A stretch of DNA of 64,000 bases from Bacteroidales bacterium (lineage in GTDB: Bacteria; Bacteroidota; Bacteroidia; Bacteroidales; UBA7960), in the NCBI GenBank assembly GCA_031323845.1, contig JAVIYP010000006.1, positions 6,982-70,981 on the forward strand, written 5' to 3'. A model generated the notes under the pieces. The model saw nothing but the letters and a program-made list of their open reading frames with translations, had not been told where the DNA came from and searched no databases. A program made the translations under genes and the position numbers. Numbering within the stretch: the first letter of the stretch is position 1; each line of letters starts with the position of its first letter. Of this stretch, positions 49,181 to 59,355 are shown in pieces.

Positions 49181-52162
49181 ATGACAAAACCAATCAAGAA
49201 CATGATTCCTTTGCTATTGGCGCTTTTTATGGCGACTGTGGCATGGGGACAAAGAGGCACGGTTACCGGTGTTGTCAGTGACGCCCAAACAGGCGAGACA
49301 CTGCCCGGTGCCAACGTCGTCATTCAGGGCACTACGATCGGTACAGTGACCGATATTGACGGACAATACAGTCTGGATGTGTCTGCCGGCGAAGTTACTC
49401 TGGTAGCCAGCTTCCTCGGCTACAATCCATCGGTACGTACCATCAATATTGGTGCCGGTGAACTTCTTACCATCAACTTTCCTCTTGAGCTTGACATTGC
49501 AACGCTTGAGGAGTTCGTGATTATTGGTTACGGTGTGCAGCGCCGTGAAGATGCCACAGGTTCTGTGGCGGTTGTAGGTGAGCGCGACTTCAACAGGGGT
49601 AACATCACCACTCCTGCCGAGCTGTTGCGCGGAAAGATGCCCGGCGTGCAAATTACCTCTGCCGGTGGTGCACCAGGGACCGGTGAAACCATTAGGATCA
49701 GGGGTGGGTCATCTCTTGATGCCGATAACAACCCGCTGATCGTTATTGATGGTGTACCCATTGAAAGTGCTGGCGTTCCCGGGTTGAGAAACCCCCTGTC
49801 TACCATCAACCCCAGCGACATCGAGACCTTTACCGTACTGAAAGACGCTTCTGCAACAGCCATTTACGGGTCGAGGGCGTCAAACGGGGTAATCATCATC
49901 ACAACAAAAAAGGGTCAGAAAGACATGCCCCTTCAATTTGATTATTCAGGTTCATTTTCGCTTGCGCAGAACATCCGGACCGTTGATGTGTTAAACGCTG
50001 ATGATTTTCGTCAGATCGTGCAGGAAAGGTATGAGGGAAGAACAAGCGTACTGAACATGTTAGGCACTGCCAGCACCAACTGGCAGGATCATATCTTCCA
50101 GGATGCATTCTCACACGACCACTTGCTGAGCGCCAGGGGTGCTTACAGGAATGTCCCCTATCGCATATCTATAGGATATAAAGCAGAAGAAGGCGTCCTG
50201 CAAAGAGACCACATTGAACGTACATCACTGGCTGTAAACCTTAGCCCCACATTGTTCGACAATCACCTGAATGTCAACCTCAATGTCAGGGGTGTAAACA
50301 TCAACAACCAGTTTGCCAATGAAGGCGCTATCGGGTCAGCTGTTAGCTTCGATCCTACAAAACCGGTCAGGGTTGACAGTCCGAACTTCGGAGGTTACTA
50401 TACCTGGCTCGAAGGAGACATGCCCATCACTTATGCCATTAACCCTGTTGCACTCCTTGACCTTACCAACAATGATTCGAATGTAAAAAGACTCATTGGA
50501 AATGCCCAGCTGGAATACAAGGTCCACTGGCTCCCGGAACTTACGGCTAACATGAACGTGGCTTACGACTATTCCGAGTCGGAAGGAAACAACTTCACCC
50601 CCGATTATGCACCATGGGCTTATGTGTCCGGAGGTTCAATCGGCAGGTACGGTCAGGAAAGAAAAAACCAGCTGTTCGATTTTTACCTGAATTATGCTAA
50701 CGAAATTCCGGGCCTGAACAGTCGTTTCGATGTGATGGCCGGTTACTCGTACCAGTATTTCTGGAACAAGGGATACAATTTCTCAAGCAATATTGAAGGT
50801 AATATTTTCGGCACGGAATACCGCATCTTCGACGACCTGGAGTATGAATCTGACCTTGTGCTGATTTCTTTCTTCGGCCGTATGAACTATTACCTGATGG
50901 ACCGTTACCTGTTTACCTTCACCTTACGTAACGACCATACTTCAAGGTTCTCTGCCGATACCCGGTCAGGCGTATTTCCATCAGCAGCCTTTGCCTGGCG
51001 TATCGACAAGGAAAACTTCATGGACAACCTTGACTTTTTCAACGAACTCAAGCTGAGGCTTGGATGGGGTGTTACCGGTCAGCAAAATATCGGACACGGC
51101 AACTATCCTTACCTTGCACGCTACACCAGGAGCCGCGAGGGCGCACGTTATCCTTTCGGCAACGTATTTCTTGACACCTGGCGCCCGGAAGGTTATGACA
51201 GCGAGATCAAGTGGGAAGAAACAACCACCTATAATGCCGGTATCGATTATGGTCTTTTCGGCGACAGGTACTATGGCTCCATTGACTTCTATTTCCGTGA
51301 AACCAGGGACCTGATCAACGTAATCCCGGTTCCTGCAGGTACCAACCTGACAAACTTTATTCTGACCAATGTCGGAAACATGGAAAACACCGGTGTGGAG
51401 TTCAGCATCTTTACCCGCCCCATTGTCACCAGAGACTTCAGGTGGGAGTTGGGGCTCAACGCCACCTGGAACGACACCAAAATTACCAGGCTGACTGCCG
51501 TGGATGACCCCAACTACCCCGGAACCCAGGAAGGATTTATTTCCGGCGGCGTAGGAAACAGAATACAAATCCACAGCGTAGGCTATACACCCTATACCTT
51601 CTGGGTATATCAGCAGGTATACGATGAAAATGGAAATCCGATCGAAGGGCTTTATGTCGACCGAAATGGTGACGGCGAAATCACCTCCGAAGACCTCTAT
51701 CGTTTCAAAAGCCCCATGCCGACATACTACCTTGGCATCACCTCCGAGTTCCTTTACAAGAACTGGAGTTTTGCTTTTGCCGGTCGTGCCAATTTTGACA
51801 ACTGGGTTTACAATAACGTAAGCTCAGTGAACGGTGAATTAAGCAGGTTGTTCCGTCCGGAAGGACCGTACCTGAGCAACATTACAAGTGATGCACTCGA
51901 CGTAAACTTCAACCAGGCACGCTATCTGTCCGATTATTACATCCAGAACGGCTCCTTCTTCAAAATGGATCACATCACACTGGGTTATAACTTCTTCAAT
52001 GTAATGGGTACCGGAGCTAACCTGAACGTATCAGCCATCGTTCAGAATGCATTTACCATTACAAAATACGATGGGCTGGATCCGGAGGTTCACAGCGGAA
52101 TCGATAACAACATCTATCCGCGTCCCAGGACCTTTGTCCTGAACGTCAACCTCCAGTTTTAA
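49181..52162 (+). CDS. susC: SusC-family TonB-dependent transporter
   Basis: N-terminal extension, IRIRGGSS, PLIVIDG, VLKDASATAIYGSRASNGVI, KWEETT and terminal F. Confidence 0.97.
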   Translation: MTKPIKNMIPLLLALFMATVAWGQRGTVTGVVSDAQTGETLPGANVVIQGTTIGTVTDIDGQYSLDVSAGEVTLVASFLGYNPSVRTINIGAGELLTINFPLELDIATLEEFVIIGYGVQRREDATGSVAVVGERDFNRGNITTPAELLRGKMPGVQITSAGGAPGTGETIRIRGGSSLDADNNPLIVIDGVPIESAGVPGLRNPLSTINPSDIETFTVLKDASATAIYGSRASNGVIIITTKKGQKDMPLQFDYSGSFSLAQNIRTVDVLNADDFRQIVQERYEGRTSVLNMLGTASTNWQDHIFQDAFSHDHLLSARGAYRNVPYRISIGYKAEEGVLQRDHIERTSLAVNLSPTLFDNHLNVNLNVRGVNINNQFANEGAIGSAVSFDPTKPVRVDSPNFGGYYTWLEGDMPITYAINPVALLDLTNNDSNVKRLIGNAQLEYKVHWLPELTANMNVAYDYSESEGNNFTPDYAPWAYVSGGSIGRYGQERKNQLFDFYLNYANEIPGLNSRFDVMAGYSYQYFWNKGYNFSSNIEGNIFGTEYRIFDDLEYESDLVLISFFGRMNYYLMDRYLFTFTLRNDHTSRFSADTRSGVFPSAAFAWRIDKENFMDNLDFFNELKLRLGWGVTGQQNIGHGNYPYLARYTRSREGARYPFGNVFLDTWRPEGYDSEIKWEETTTYNAGIDYGLFGDRYYGSIDFYFRETRDLINVIPVPAGTNLTNFILTNVGNMENTGVEFSIFTRPIVTRDFRWELGLNATWNDTKITRLTAVDDPNYPGTQEGFISGGVGNRIQIHSVGYTPYTFWVYQQVYDENGNPIEGLYVDRNGDGEITSEDLYRFKSPMPTYYLGITSEFLYKNWSFAFAGRANFDNWVYNNVSSVNGELSRLFRPEGPYLSNITSDALDVNFNQARYLSDYYIQNGSFFKMDHITLGYNFFNVMGTGANLNVSAIVQNAFTITKYDGLDPEVHSGIDNNIYPRPRTFVLNVNLQF

Positions 52163-52183
52163 TCACGATTAACAAGAAAAACT

Positions 52184-53764
52184 ATGAAAAGCATTAAGAA
52201 AATAGCTATAATAATTGCCGCGCTGATGATTTCCTTTTCATCCTGTATGAAGGACCTGGATACAGTTCCTTTGGATGGCAATGAAATCACGGCTGCTGAT
52301 GTTTTTAACGATCCGAACGCCTATCGTGAGATACTTGCCAAACTGTATGCAGGACTGGCAGTATCCGGTCAGCAGGGCCCCGCAGGGATGGCCGATATCA
52401 GCGGTATCGATGAAGGTTTTGGTCAATACCTGAGAGCCGTTTACTATCACCAGGTGCTCACCACCGATGAGGCGGTAATAGGTTGGGACGACCAAACCAT
52501 CAAAGACCTGGTTTACCACAGCTGGACAGCCAGCGACGTGTTTGTTTCTGCCATGTACTACCGCATTTTTTACCAGATTGCGCTGGCCAACGAATACATC
52601 CGTCAGACCACCGACGACAAACTCGACGAAAGAGGAGTAAGCGGAGCGCTCAGAGATCAGATTAAAGTTTACAGGGCCGAAGCACGCTTCCTTCGTGCAT
52701 TCAGCTACTGGCATGCGCTTGATATCTTCGGCAATGTTCCCTTCGTTACTCCTGAACATCCCATTGGAGCGTTCCTGCCCGAGCAGATTATGCGTGCAGA
52801 GCTGTTTTTACATCTTGAGGAAGAACTCCTGGAGATTTATCCTTCAATGGCGGAAGCACGCGCCAACGAATACGGCAGGGTCGACAGGGCCGCCGCATGG
52901 ATGCTGCTTGCCAAGCTTTATATGAACGCCGAAACTTATGCAAATCAGCAAAGGTACACGGACGCGTTAACGTACCTGAACCTGATCATAGATGCCGGCT
53001 ACGCGCTTGAGGATGAGTACCTGCATCTTTTCAATGCCGATAACCATTTGAGCACCAACGAAATCATCATGAGAGTGCCTTATCATGGCATTGAAACCCA
53101 AACCTATGGCGGTACTACCTTCGTCATTAAGGCAAGTATCGGTGGCGATATGGTGCCTGCTCATTCCGGAGTGAATGAAGGTTGGGGCGGTCTTCGCACC
53201 ACACCCGAATTTGTCTCGCTCTTTCATAATGACGACCCGAGAGCGCTGTTTTTTACGGACGGTCAAACGCTCAACATCCCCAATCTTTCTGACTTCCAGA
53301 ATGGTTATGCAGTGCGTAAGTTTACGAACATGACGCGCGACAACCAACCGGGAAGCAACCTTGAGTTCCCCGACACTGACTTTCCGGTATTCCGCCTGGC
53401 CGATGTGTACCTGATGTATGCCGAGGCCGTGCTCAGAGGCGGCAGTGGTGGCGACATGGCCACGGCACTGAACCTCGTCAACCAGATCAGAGAAAGAGCA
53501 TGGGGCGATAACTCGGGCAACATCACCGCCGGACAGTTAACCCTCGACTTTATCCTCGATGAACGTGGCCGGGAACTCTACTGGGAAGGACACAGAAGAA
53601 CAGACCTGATACGCTTTGGCCGATTTACCGGCAATGCCTATGTCTGGGCATGGAAAGGACAAACACCGAATGGTCTTCCTACAGATTCAAGGTTTAACCT
53701 CTTCCCGATACCGGACTCTGATGTGAACGCAAACCCCAACCTGGAACAAAACCCGGATTATTAA
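52184..53764 (+). CDS. susD: SusD-family glycan-binding lipoprotein (starch-type)
   Basis: Lipobox FSSC and motifs EARFLRA, FRLADVYLMYAEA, ERGRELYWEGHRRTDLIRFG and QNP.Y. Confidence 0.96.
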   Translation: MKSIKKIAIIIAALMISFSSCMKDLDTVPLDGNEITAADVFNDPNAYREILAKLYAGLAVSGQQGPAGMADISGIDEGFGQYLRAVYYHQVLTTDEAVIGWDDQTIKDLVYHSWTASDVFVSAMYYRIFYQIALANEYIRQTTDDKLDERGVSGALRDQIKVYRAEARFLRAFSYWHALDIFGNVPFVTPEHPIGAFLPEQIMRAELFLHLEEELLEIYPSMAEARANEYGRVDRAAAWMLLAKLYMNAETYANQQRYTDALTYLNLIIDAGYALEDEYLHLFNADNHLSTNEIIMRVPYHGIETQTYGGTTFVIKASIGGDMVPAHSGVNEGWGGLRTTPEFVSLFHNDDPRALFFTDGQTLNIPNLSDFQNGYAVRKFTNMTRDNQPGSNLEFPDTDFPVFRLADVYLMYAEAVLRGGSGGDMATALNLVNQIRERAWGDNSGNITAGQLTLDFILDERGRELYWEGHRRTDLIRFGRFTGNAYVWAWKGQTPNGLPTDSRFNLFPIPDSDVNANPNLEQNPDY

Positions 53765-53805
53765 TCAATATGCAGTACCGATCATTCATTAAAAACACAT
53801 ATAAA

Positions 53806-54897
53806 ATGAAAAAGACAGCATTTCTATTCTCTCTTTTTGCAGTGGCAATCTTGTTTGTCGCCTGTGAAAAAGATCAAGAGAACCCTGTGCTTACCATTGG
53901 AGAATCAAATCCACCCGAACTGATCAGTCCGGGCCCGGGATCATCTTTTGATCTCGAAACGTATGAAGGCGACATTGACTTTGAATGGACAGAAGCCGAT
54001 TACAACGCCGACTATCTGCCCGCAATAAGGTACCGGTTGCTGGCCTACGTCACTGAGCAGGATGGTGACTTCCGTGAGCATTCCTTTGTGGTTCATGAAA
54101 CCTCAGGCACTTCCGCAAGCATCCCCGCATCAACCCTGAATCAGTCAATTTTCCAACTTGGCGTGATGCCATTTAATTTTGAAAACATCTCCTTCCGGGT
54201 GAAGTCTTTCTTTAACCTGGATTCGGAAGCCACCTGGCTCTATTCCGACGCCCTGGAACTTGAACTGAGAGGCTTTGAACTGTTTACCTTTGTCAGGGTT
54301 CCGGGCTCCTACAACGACTGGGACTATGACAACGAAGGAACAGTGCTCTATTCGCCCGAAGCAGACAACCAGTTTGAAGGATATCTCTATTTTGAAGACG
54401 ACAACACTGAAGTGCTTTTCTCAATGGGTGCTTCAGGACTATTCGTTTTTGGCGACAATGACGGTGATGGCACGCTTGACCAGGACGGTGCCCACATCGT
54501 AATACCCCAGGCCGGTGTTTACAGGGTGAACCTGGATTTCAGCGCCATGACCTATACCTTCTACAGAACGGAATGGGCCTTGATAGGCTCAGCAGTCGAG
54601 GGCTGGAACACCGATGTACCCATGGATATGGACCAGGAGTTCTGGGAAGAAAACTGGAAGGTGCGCTATGTGATCACCCGCGATTTCGTTGTCGGTGCCT
54701 TTAAGTTCAGGGCTAACGGCGCCTGGGATCCCCCGGCGGGTATCAACATGGGCTACGACGTAGACTCCGAGGAGGAAGGTGTGTTGCAATATGGCGGATT
54801 CGGAAACGATATCCCGATTGATGCCGACGGTGTTTATACCGTAACCTTTGACCTTTCCGGTCCGGTGTACCGGTATGAAGTGGAGGCTGCCGATTAA
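53806..54897 (+). CDS. SusE/SusF-like surface lipoprotein
   Basis: Lipobox FVAC followed by acidic EKDQE; CBM-like repeats VPGSY..W, W.LIGSA..GW..D and FKFRAN..W. Confidence 0.85.
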   Translation: MKKTAFLFSLFAVAILFVACEKDQENPVLTIGESNPPELISPGPGSSFDLETYEGDIDFEWTEADYNADYLPAIRYRLLAYVTEQDGDFREHSFVVHETSGTSASIPASTLNQSIFQLGVMPFNFENISFRVKSFFNLDSEATWLYSDALELELRGFELFTFVRVPGSYNDWDYDNEGTVLYSPEADNQFEGYLYFEDDNTEVLFSMGASGLFVFGDNDGDGTLDQDGAHIVIPQAGVYRVNLDFSAMTYTFYRTEWALIGSAVEGWNTDVPMDMDQEFWEENWKVRYVITRDFVVGAFKFRANGAWDPPAGINMGYDVDSEEEGVLQYGGFGNDIPIDADGVYTVTFDLSGPVYRYEVEAAD

Positions 54898-54921
54898 AAA
54901 GCAGCATAGCTTATTATACGG

Positions 54922-54961
54922 CAAATGCTGCCAGGGTTCTTCCTGGCAGCATTTGTTTTTT
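54922..54961 (+). terminator. Intrinsic terminator after susE
   Basis: CAAATGCTGCCAGG/CCTGGCAGCATTTG 14-bp stem followed by a T run. Confidence 0.85.
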
Positions 54962-55149
54962 AAGGACACATCCTGCGCACCGAAAGAGCCTTTATTTACT
55001 AAAAAACTTGTATTTTTGAAAGATACAGGAGGTGAAAAAAAATCATGCCTTCATAGCTCGTTTCTTGTCAATGCCGCTGAGCCCATTAATAAGCAGTATT
55101 GACATAACACTGTATTTTTGAATTGATTCATTGGAAAAAGTCCATCATC

Positions 55150-57462
55150 ATGACGTTGTTAAACAAACCTCCGGATATCGCTTCCCCGTTCAGGAATTTC
55201 GAAAACATACTCTACCTGGCCAGCACCCTGGAACACTTTGACGGTGTGAAAAGGTCCGGCCGGATACTTTACAAAAGGCACATCCATCAAACACTGATGT
55301 CTTTTAACAGCATGGATACCCACTTATCCGCTGTTGAACAGAATGAATTTCCCCCCGACGAGTACGAAGCCTCACCCCTGCTGCCTTTTTCCATTGAATT
55401 CATAAGTGACAGAAGCATCAGGATAAAAATTCATTCCACCCAGCAAATGCCGGTGGCCGTCCGGGAGGACGACGTAATGCTGACCGGAGAATATGCCCGG
55501 AACGATGCCTCCAGGCTGTGGAAATATTCAAAAACAGAGGAAGGCCATAAATACACAGGTCCCAGTGGCGCTGTCGTCATCCATGAAGATCCCTGGCGCA
55601 TTGAGATCCTGGACAAAAAAGGCACGACCTTGTGCAACACCGTACATCAGGCCGATAACGACACTACCTTCACTCCGCTGATTCCCTTTGGCTGGCTGAG
55701 GCGCGCTTCTGACTACTCACGCAGCTTTTCCGCAGCGTTTTCCTTGCATCCGGGTGAAAAAATATTCGGGTATGGTGAGTTTTATACCGGCTTCGACAGG
55801 CGCGGCCAGGAAATCCAGCTTTTTACCGATGATGCCAGGGGCTCTCAGAATGAGAAAAGCCACAAACCGGTGCCCTTCTTTATGAGTAACAGGGGATACG
55901 GCATGTTTGTACACACCTCGGCACCTGTTTGCTGCGATGTCGGGAAATATTACAGCGGCTTGCATTCCATATTTACCGGGGATGACGAACTTGACCTGTT
56001 CATTTTTATCGGCACACCAAAAGACATCCTTAATGAATACACCAACCTTACCGGAAAGGCCGGCATGCCGCCGCTATGGTCGTTTGGTTTCTGGATGAGC
56101 CGCATCACCTATTTTTCAGAAGAAGAGGGTCGCGAAACGGCCAAAAAACTGAGGGAACATAAACTCCCGTCCGACGTGATCCATTTCGACTCGGGCTGGT
56201 TTGAAAAGGACATCCGTTGTGATTATGAGTTCTCTTCAAGCAATTTCCGCGACCCGGAAAAAATGATTGCCGACCTCCGCGAGGATGGCTTCAGGGTGAG
56301 TCTCTGGCAACTTCCTTACTTTGTTCCGAAAAACAAATGGTACAGGGAGATCCTTGAAAAAGGACTATATGTGAAGGATGGGAAAGGCAATCCCCCTTAC
56401 GAGGATGTCATCCTCGACTTCACGAATCCGGAGGCCGTGGCTTGGTTGCAGGAAAAACTGGCCCGGCTGTTAAAGATGGGTGTGTCGGCCATCAAGGCTG
56501 ACTTTGGGGAGGCTGCTCCTGTAAACGGCATATACCACAACGGCAGAAGCGGCTTCTACGAGCACAACCTTTACCCCACAAGATACAACAAGGCGGTGGC
56601 CGGAGTTACCGAAGAGGTTACCGGTGAGCACATTATCTGGGCGCGCAGCGGCTGGGCAGGAAGCCAGCGTTACCCGGTGCACTGGGGTGGCGATGCCTGC
56701 ACCTCTGACACGGGTATGGCCGGAGTATTGAGAGGCGGACTGAGCGCCGGCTTGTCGGGTTTTAGTTTCTGGAGTCATGATGTGGGCGGCTTCGTTGCAC
56801 AAACACCCGAAGACCTTTACCTCAGATGGGCGGCCTTCGGTGCGTTCTCATCACATATGCGAAGCCACGGGCAACCACCAAAAGAACCTTATGCCTATTC
56901 AGCCGGCGGACTGAACACCTTCAGGAAGATCCTGAATGTGCGCTACCGCCTGATGCCCTATATCTACGCCCAGGCAAAACACAGTGCCGAAAACGGCCTG
57001 CCGGTGATGCGCGCAGCATTTGTGGAATACCCTGACGATCCCGGTGCATGGACGCTCGACGATCAATACCTTTTTGGAGAAGACTTTCTTGTAGCGCCCC
57101 TCTTTGAAGCTGTGACATCAAGAAACGTATACCTGCCCGGAAAGCACCCCTGGACCGACTACCAGACCCGCAAAACCTATGAACCCGGCTGGCAGCATAT
57201 TCAAGCTGGTGAACTGCCGGTAATACTTCTGGTGCGCAGCGGGGCGCTCATACCGCACATACCACTGGCTCAATCAACTCAGTTCATGGACTGGTCAACC
57301 CTGGAGCTGAGCGCCTTCCCTGGTGAAGACGACAAGGCTACCGGCCGGATTTGTCTGCCCATGGACAATGTGCTTAAATCTATGACGGTGATCAAAACAA
57401 AAGATCGTTTGCTGCCTGAGACAGACCCATTCGATAAGAAGATCCATTTTATTATTCAGTAA
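55150..57462 (+). CDS. GH31 glycoside hydrolase (YicI-like alpha-glycosidase), no signal peptide
   Basis: PPLWSFGFW, nucleophile KADFGE, acid/base WGGD, WSHDVGGF, R.HG and QYLFG. Likely start at 55150. Confidence 0.92.
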   Translation: MTLLNKPPDIASPFRNFENILYLASTLEHFDGVKRSGRILYKRHIHQTLMSFNSMDTHLSAVEQNEFPPDEYEASPLLPFSIEFISDRSIRIKIHSTQQMPVAVREDDVMLTGEYARNDASRLWKYSKTEEGHKYTGPSGAVVIHEDPWRIEILDKKGTTLCNTVHQADNDTTFTPLIPFGWLRRASDYSRSFSAAFSLHPGEKIFGYGEFYTGFDRRGQEIQLFTDDARGSQNEKSHKPVPFFMSNRGYGMFVHTSAPVCCDVGKYYSGLHSIFTGDDELDLFIFIGTPKDILNEYTNLTGKAGMPPLWSFGFWMSRITYFSEEEGRETAKKLREHKLPSDVIHFDSGWFEKDIRCDYEFSSSNFRDPEKMIADLREDGFRVSLWQLPYFVPKNKWYREILEKGLYVKDGKGNPPYEDVILDFTNPEAVAWLQEKLARLLKMGVSAIKADFGEAAPVNGIYHNGRSGFYEHNLYPTRYNKAVAGVTEEVTGEHIIWARSGWAGSQRYPVHWGGDACTSDTGMAGVLRGGLSAGLSGFSFWSHDVGGFVAQTPEDLYLRWAAFGAFSSHMRSHGQPPKEPYAYSAGGLNTFRKILNVRYRLMPYIYAQAKHSAENGLPVMRAAFVEYPDDPGAWTLDDQYLFGEDFLVAPLFEAVTSRNVYLPGKHPWTDYQTRKTYEPGWQHIQAGELPVILLVRSGALIPHIPLAQSTQFMDWSTLELSAFPGEDDKATGRICLPMDNVLKSMTVIKTKDRLLPETDPFDKKIHFIIQ

Positions 57463-57475
57463 AGACCTCTGTCAC

Positions 57476-58471
57476 ATGAACAAAACGCTTCTTCTGGAAC
57501 GGCTTATCAGGGGCGAACCTCTTGAAAAAACCCTGTTTTCGCCCATATTGATGCATTTTGCTGCCCGCCATGCGGGACAAACCTACGGTGCATTTGCTGC
57601 TGACCATAAGGTGCTGGTGGAGGCAAACATAAAAGCTATGAACGATTTCGGTATGGACATGGTATCGCTGATATCGGATCCCTATCGCGAAACCGCTGCA
57701 TTTGGCGCTCGGATCGAATTCCCTGCGGAAGAGGTGCCCAGGTGTACAGGCTGTGTGATCAAAACCCCGGACGACATTCACAAACTTGAAGTGCCTGACG
57801 TATACCGTAACGAACGTACGCTCGACCGCATCAAAGGAGCGGAAATGTATCAGCATCTGCTGAAGGGGGAGGTGCCGGTAATAGGCTGGATTGAAGGCCC
57901 CCTGGCAGAAGCGTGCGATCTTGCCGGTGTCTCTGACATGCTGATGATGCTCATGATGGACCCGGAGTCTTCCGAAGTGCTCCTGGACAAGTGCCTTGAG
58001 ATGGCAAAGAACTTTTCCAAAGCGCAGCTTGACGCAGGTTGCCGCATCATTGGCATGGGTGATGCCGTGTGCTCTCAAATCGATGCAGGCACTTACGACA
58101 CCTTTGTCCGCGACAGGCACAAAGAGATCATCTCCTTTGTTCATGAACACGGAGGCCTTGTAAAACTGCATATTTGCGGCAATATAACCCATCTTCTTCC
58201 ATCCATCAGTGAGCTGCACGCCGACATTGTTGACCTCGACTGGCAGGTTGGCCCCGGGGAGGCCCGAAAAATACTTGGAGAAAAGGTGATATTGTGTGGC
58301 AATATCAATCCGGTGCTTGTGCAGGACCTTTCTGCCGAAGAGGTTTACAGCCAGGCAAAAGAGCTGGTTGACAGCCAGAAAGGACAGCGGTTCATCCTCT
58401 CTGCCGGATGTGAGATTACGGTGAACACGCCTGCTGACAACCTCATGGCCATGAGAAGAGCATCAGAATAA
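57476..58471 (+). CDS. MtaA/CmuA-like methyltransferase (UroD fold)
   Basis: E..AFG and GP motifs, with Zn ligands LHICG and SAGCE. Confidence 0.85.
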   Translation: MNKTLLLERLIRGEPLEKTLFSPILMHFAARHAGQTYGAFAADHKVLVEANIKAMNDFGMDMVSLISDPYRETAAFGARIEFPAEEVPRCTGCVIKTPDDIHKLEVPDVYRNERTLDRIKGAEMYQHLLKGEVPVIGWIEGPLAEACDLAGVSDMLMMLMMDPESSEVLLDKCLEMAKNFSKAQLDAGCRIIGMGDAVCSQIDAGTYDTFVRDRHKEIISFVHEHGGLVKLHICGNITHLLPSISELHADIVDLDWQVGPGEARKILGEKVILCGNINPVLVQDLSAEEVYSQAKELVDSQKGQRFILSAGCEITVNTPADNLMAMRRASE

Positions 58472-58595
58472 TCATAACAAAAGCCTCTGTTTTGAAAAAA
58501 CAAAGCATTTAAAAAACCCGGTAACACCAGGATCGCCTGACACGCACGGCAATCTGAACCGGAATACGTAAACTACAAATCAACAAACAGAACAC

Positions 58596-59279
58596 ATGAG
58601 CCCGTCTGAACTTTTAGCTCGCATTGCCCATTGCATTGAATTCGGAAAAATCAACGGTCCGTCGCCCTATCCTCCGGATATGAAAGGGCAGGATGGCGCT
58701 GACGAGTACACACAACGGGCGCTGCAATCGGGTGTCAGTGCACAGGACGTTCTGCTTAAGGGCCTGATCGTGGGAATGGAGAAGGTGGGAAAAAAATTCA
58801 GGGACAACCTGGTTTTTGTGCCCCAGGTGCTTATGTCGGCAAAAGCCATGAATACGGCTATGGTTCACCTGGAGCCTTATTTTTCATCCGGGGAGATAAA
58901 ATCGCGGGGCACGTTCATTATCGGCACCGTGGCAGGCGACTTGCACGATATTGGAAAAAACCTGGTGTCCATGATCATGAAAGGCAATGGCTGGAAGGTT
59001 GTTGATCTGGGTATGGATGTCAGTACTGAAAAGTTCATGGAAAGCATCAGGCAACATCCTGAAGCTGTCGTCGGCCTGTCCGCCCTGCTTACCACCACTA
59101 TGGTGAATATGCAAAAAACGGTGGAGCACATTAAAGCTGAGCTGCCCGGCACCCTTGTTGCCATTGGCGGGGCGCCTGTCACGCAGGCCTTTTGTGATCA
59201 AATCGGCGCCGACGTTTACTCTCCCGACCCCCAGGGGTTGGTGGAGTACCTCGATAATTTGAATGTATCGTTAAACTAG
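58596..59279 (+). CDS. Corrinoid (B12-binding) methyl-carrier protein
   Basis: Cap motif GM..VG..F....FVP, DLHDIGKNLV (DxHxxG), LSALLTTT and IGGAP. Confidence 0.95.
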   Translation: MSPSELLARIAHCIEFGKINGPSPYPPDMKGQDGADEYTQRALQSGVSAQDVLLKGLIVGMEKVGKKFRDNLVFVPQVLMSAKAMNTAMVHLEPYFSSGEIKSRGTFIIGTVAGDLHDIGKNLVSMIMKGNGWKVVDLGMDVSTEKFMESIRQHPEAVVGLSALLTTTMVNMQKTVEHIKAELPGTLVAIGGAPVTQAFCDQIGADVYSPDPQGLVEYLDNLNVSLN

Positions 59280-59355
59280 TAGTGTTGACATGACACTAGT
59301 GCTGCCGGCATTTATGAGATCAGAGAAATCGCGGGCGCACACAAAAACAAAGAAC

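Noticed and set aside
54960-55150. Cobalamin riboswitch ahead of the corrinoid module (also checked 48850-49180 and 58470-58595)
   Set aside because: No B12-box or GGGAA...GCCACTG pattern was found by eye. An Infernal/Rfam scan would settle it.
57452-58219. 255-aa minus-strand ORF
   Set aside because: Antisense shadow of the MtaA-like gene.
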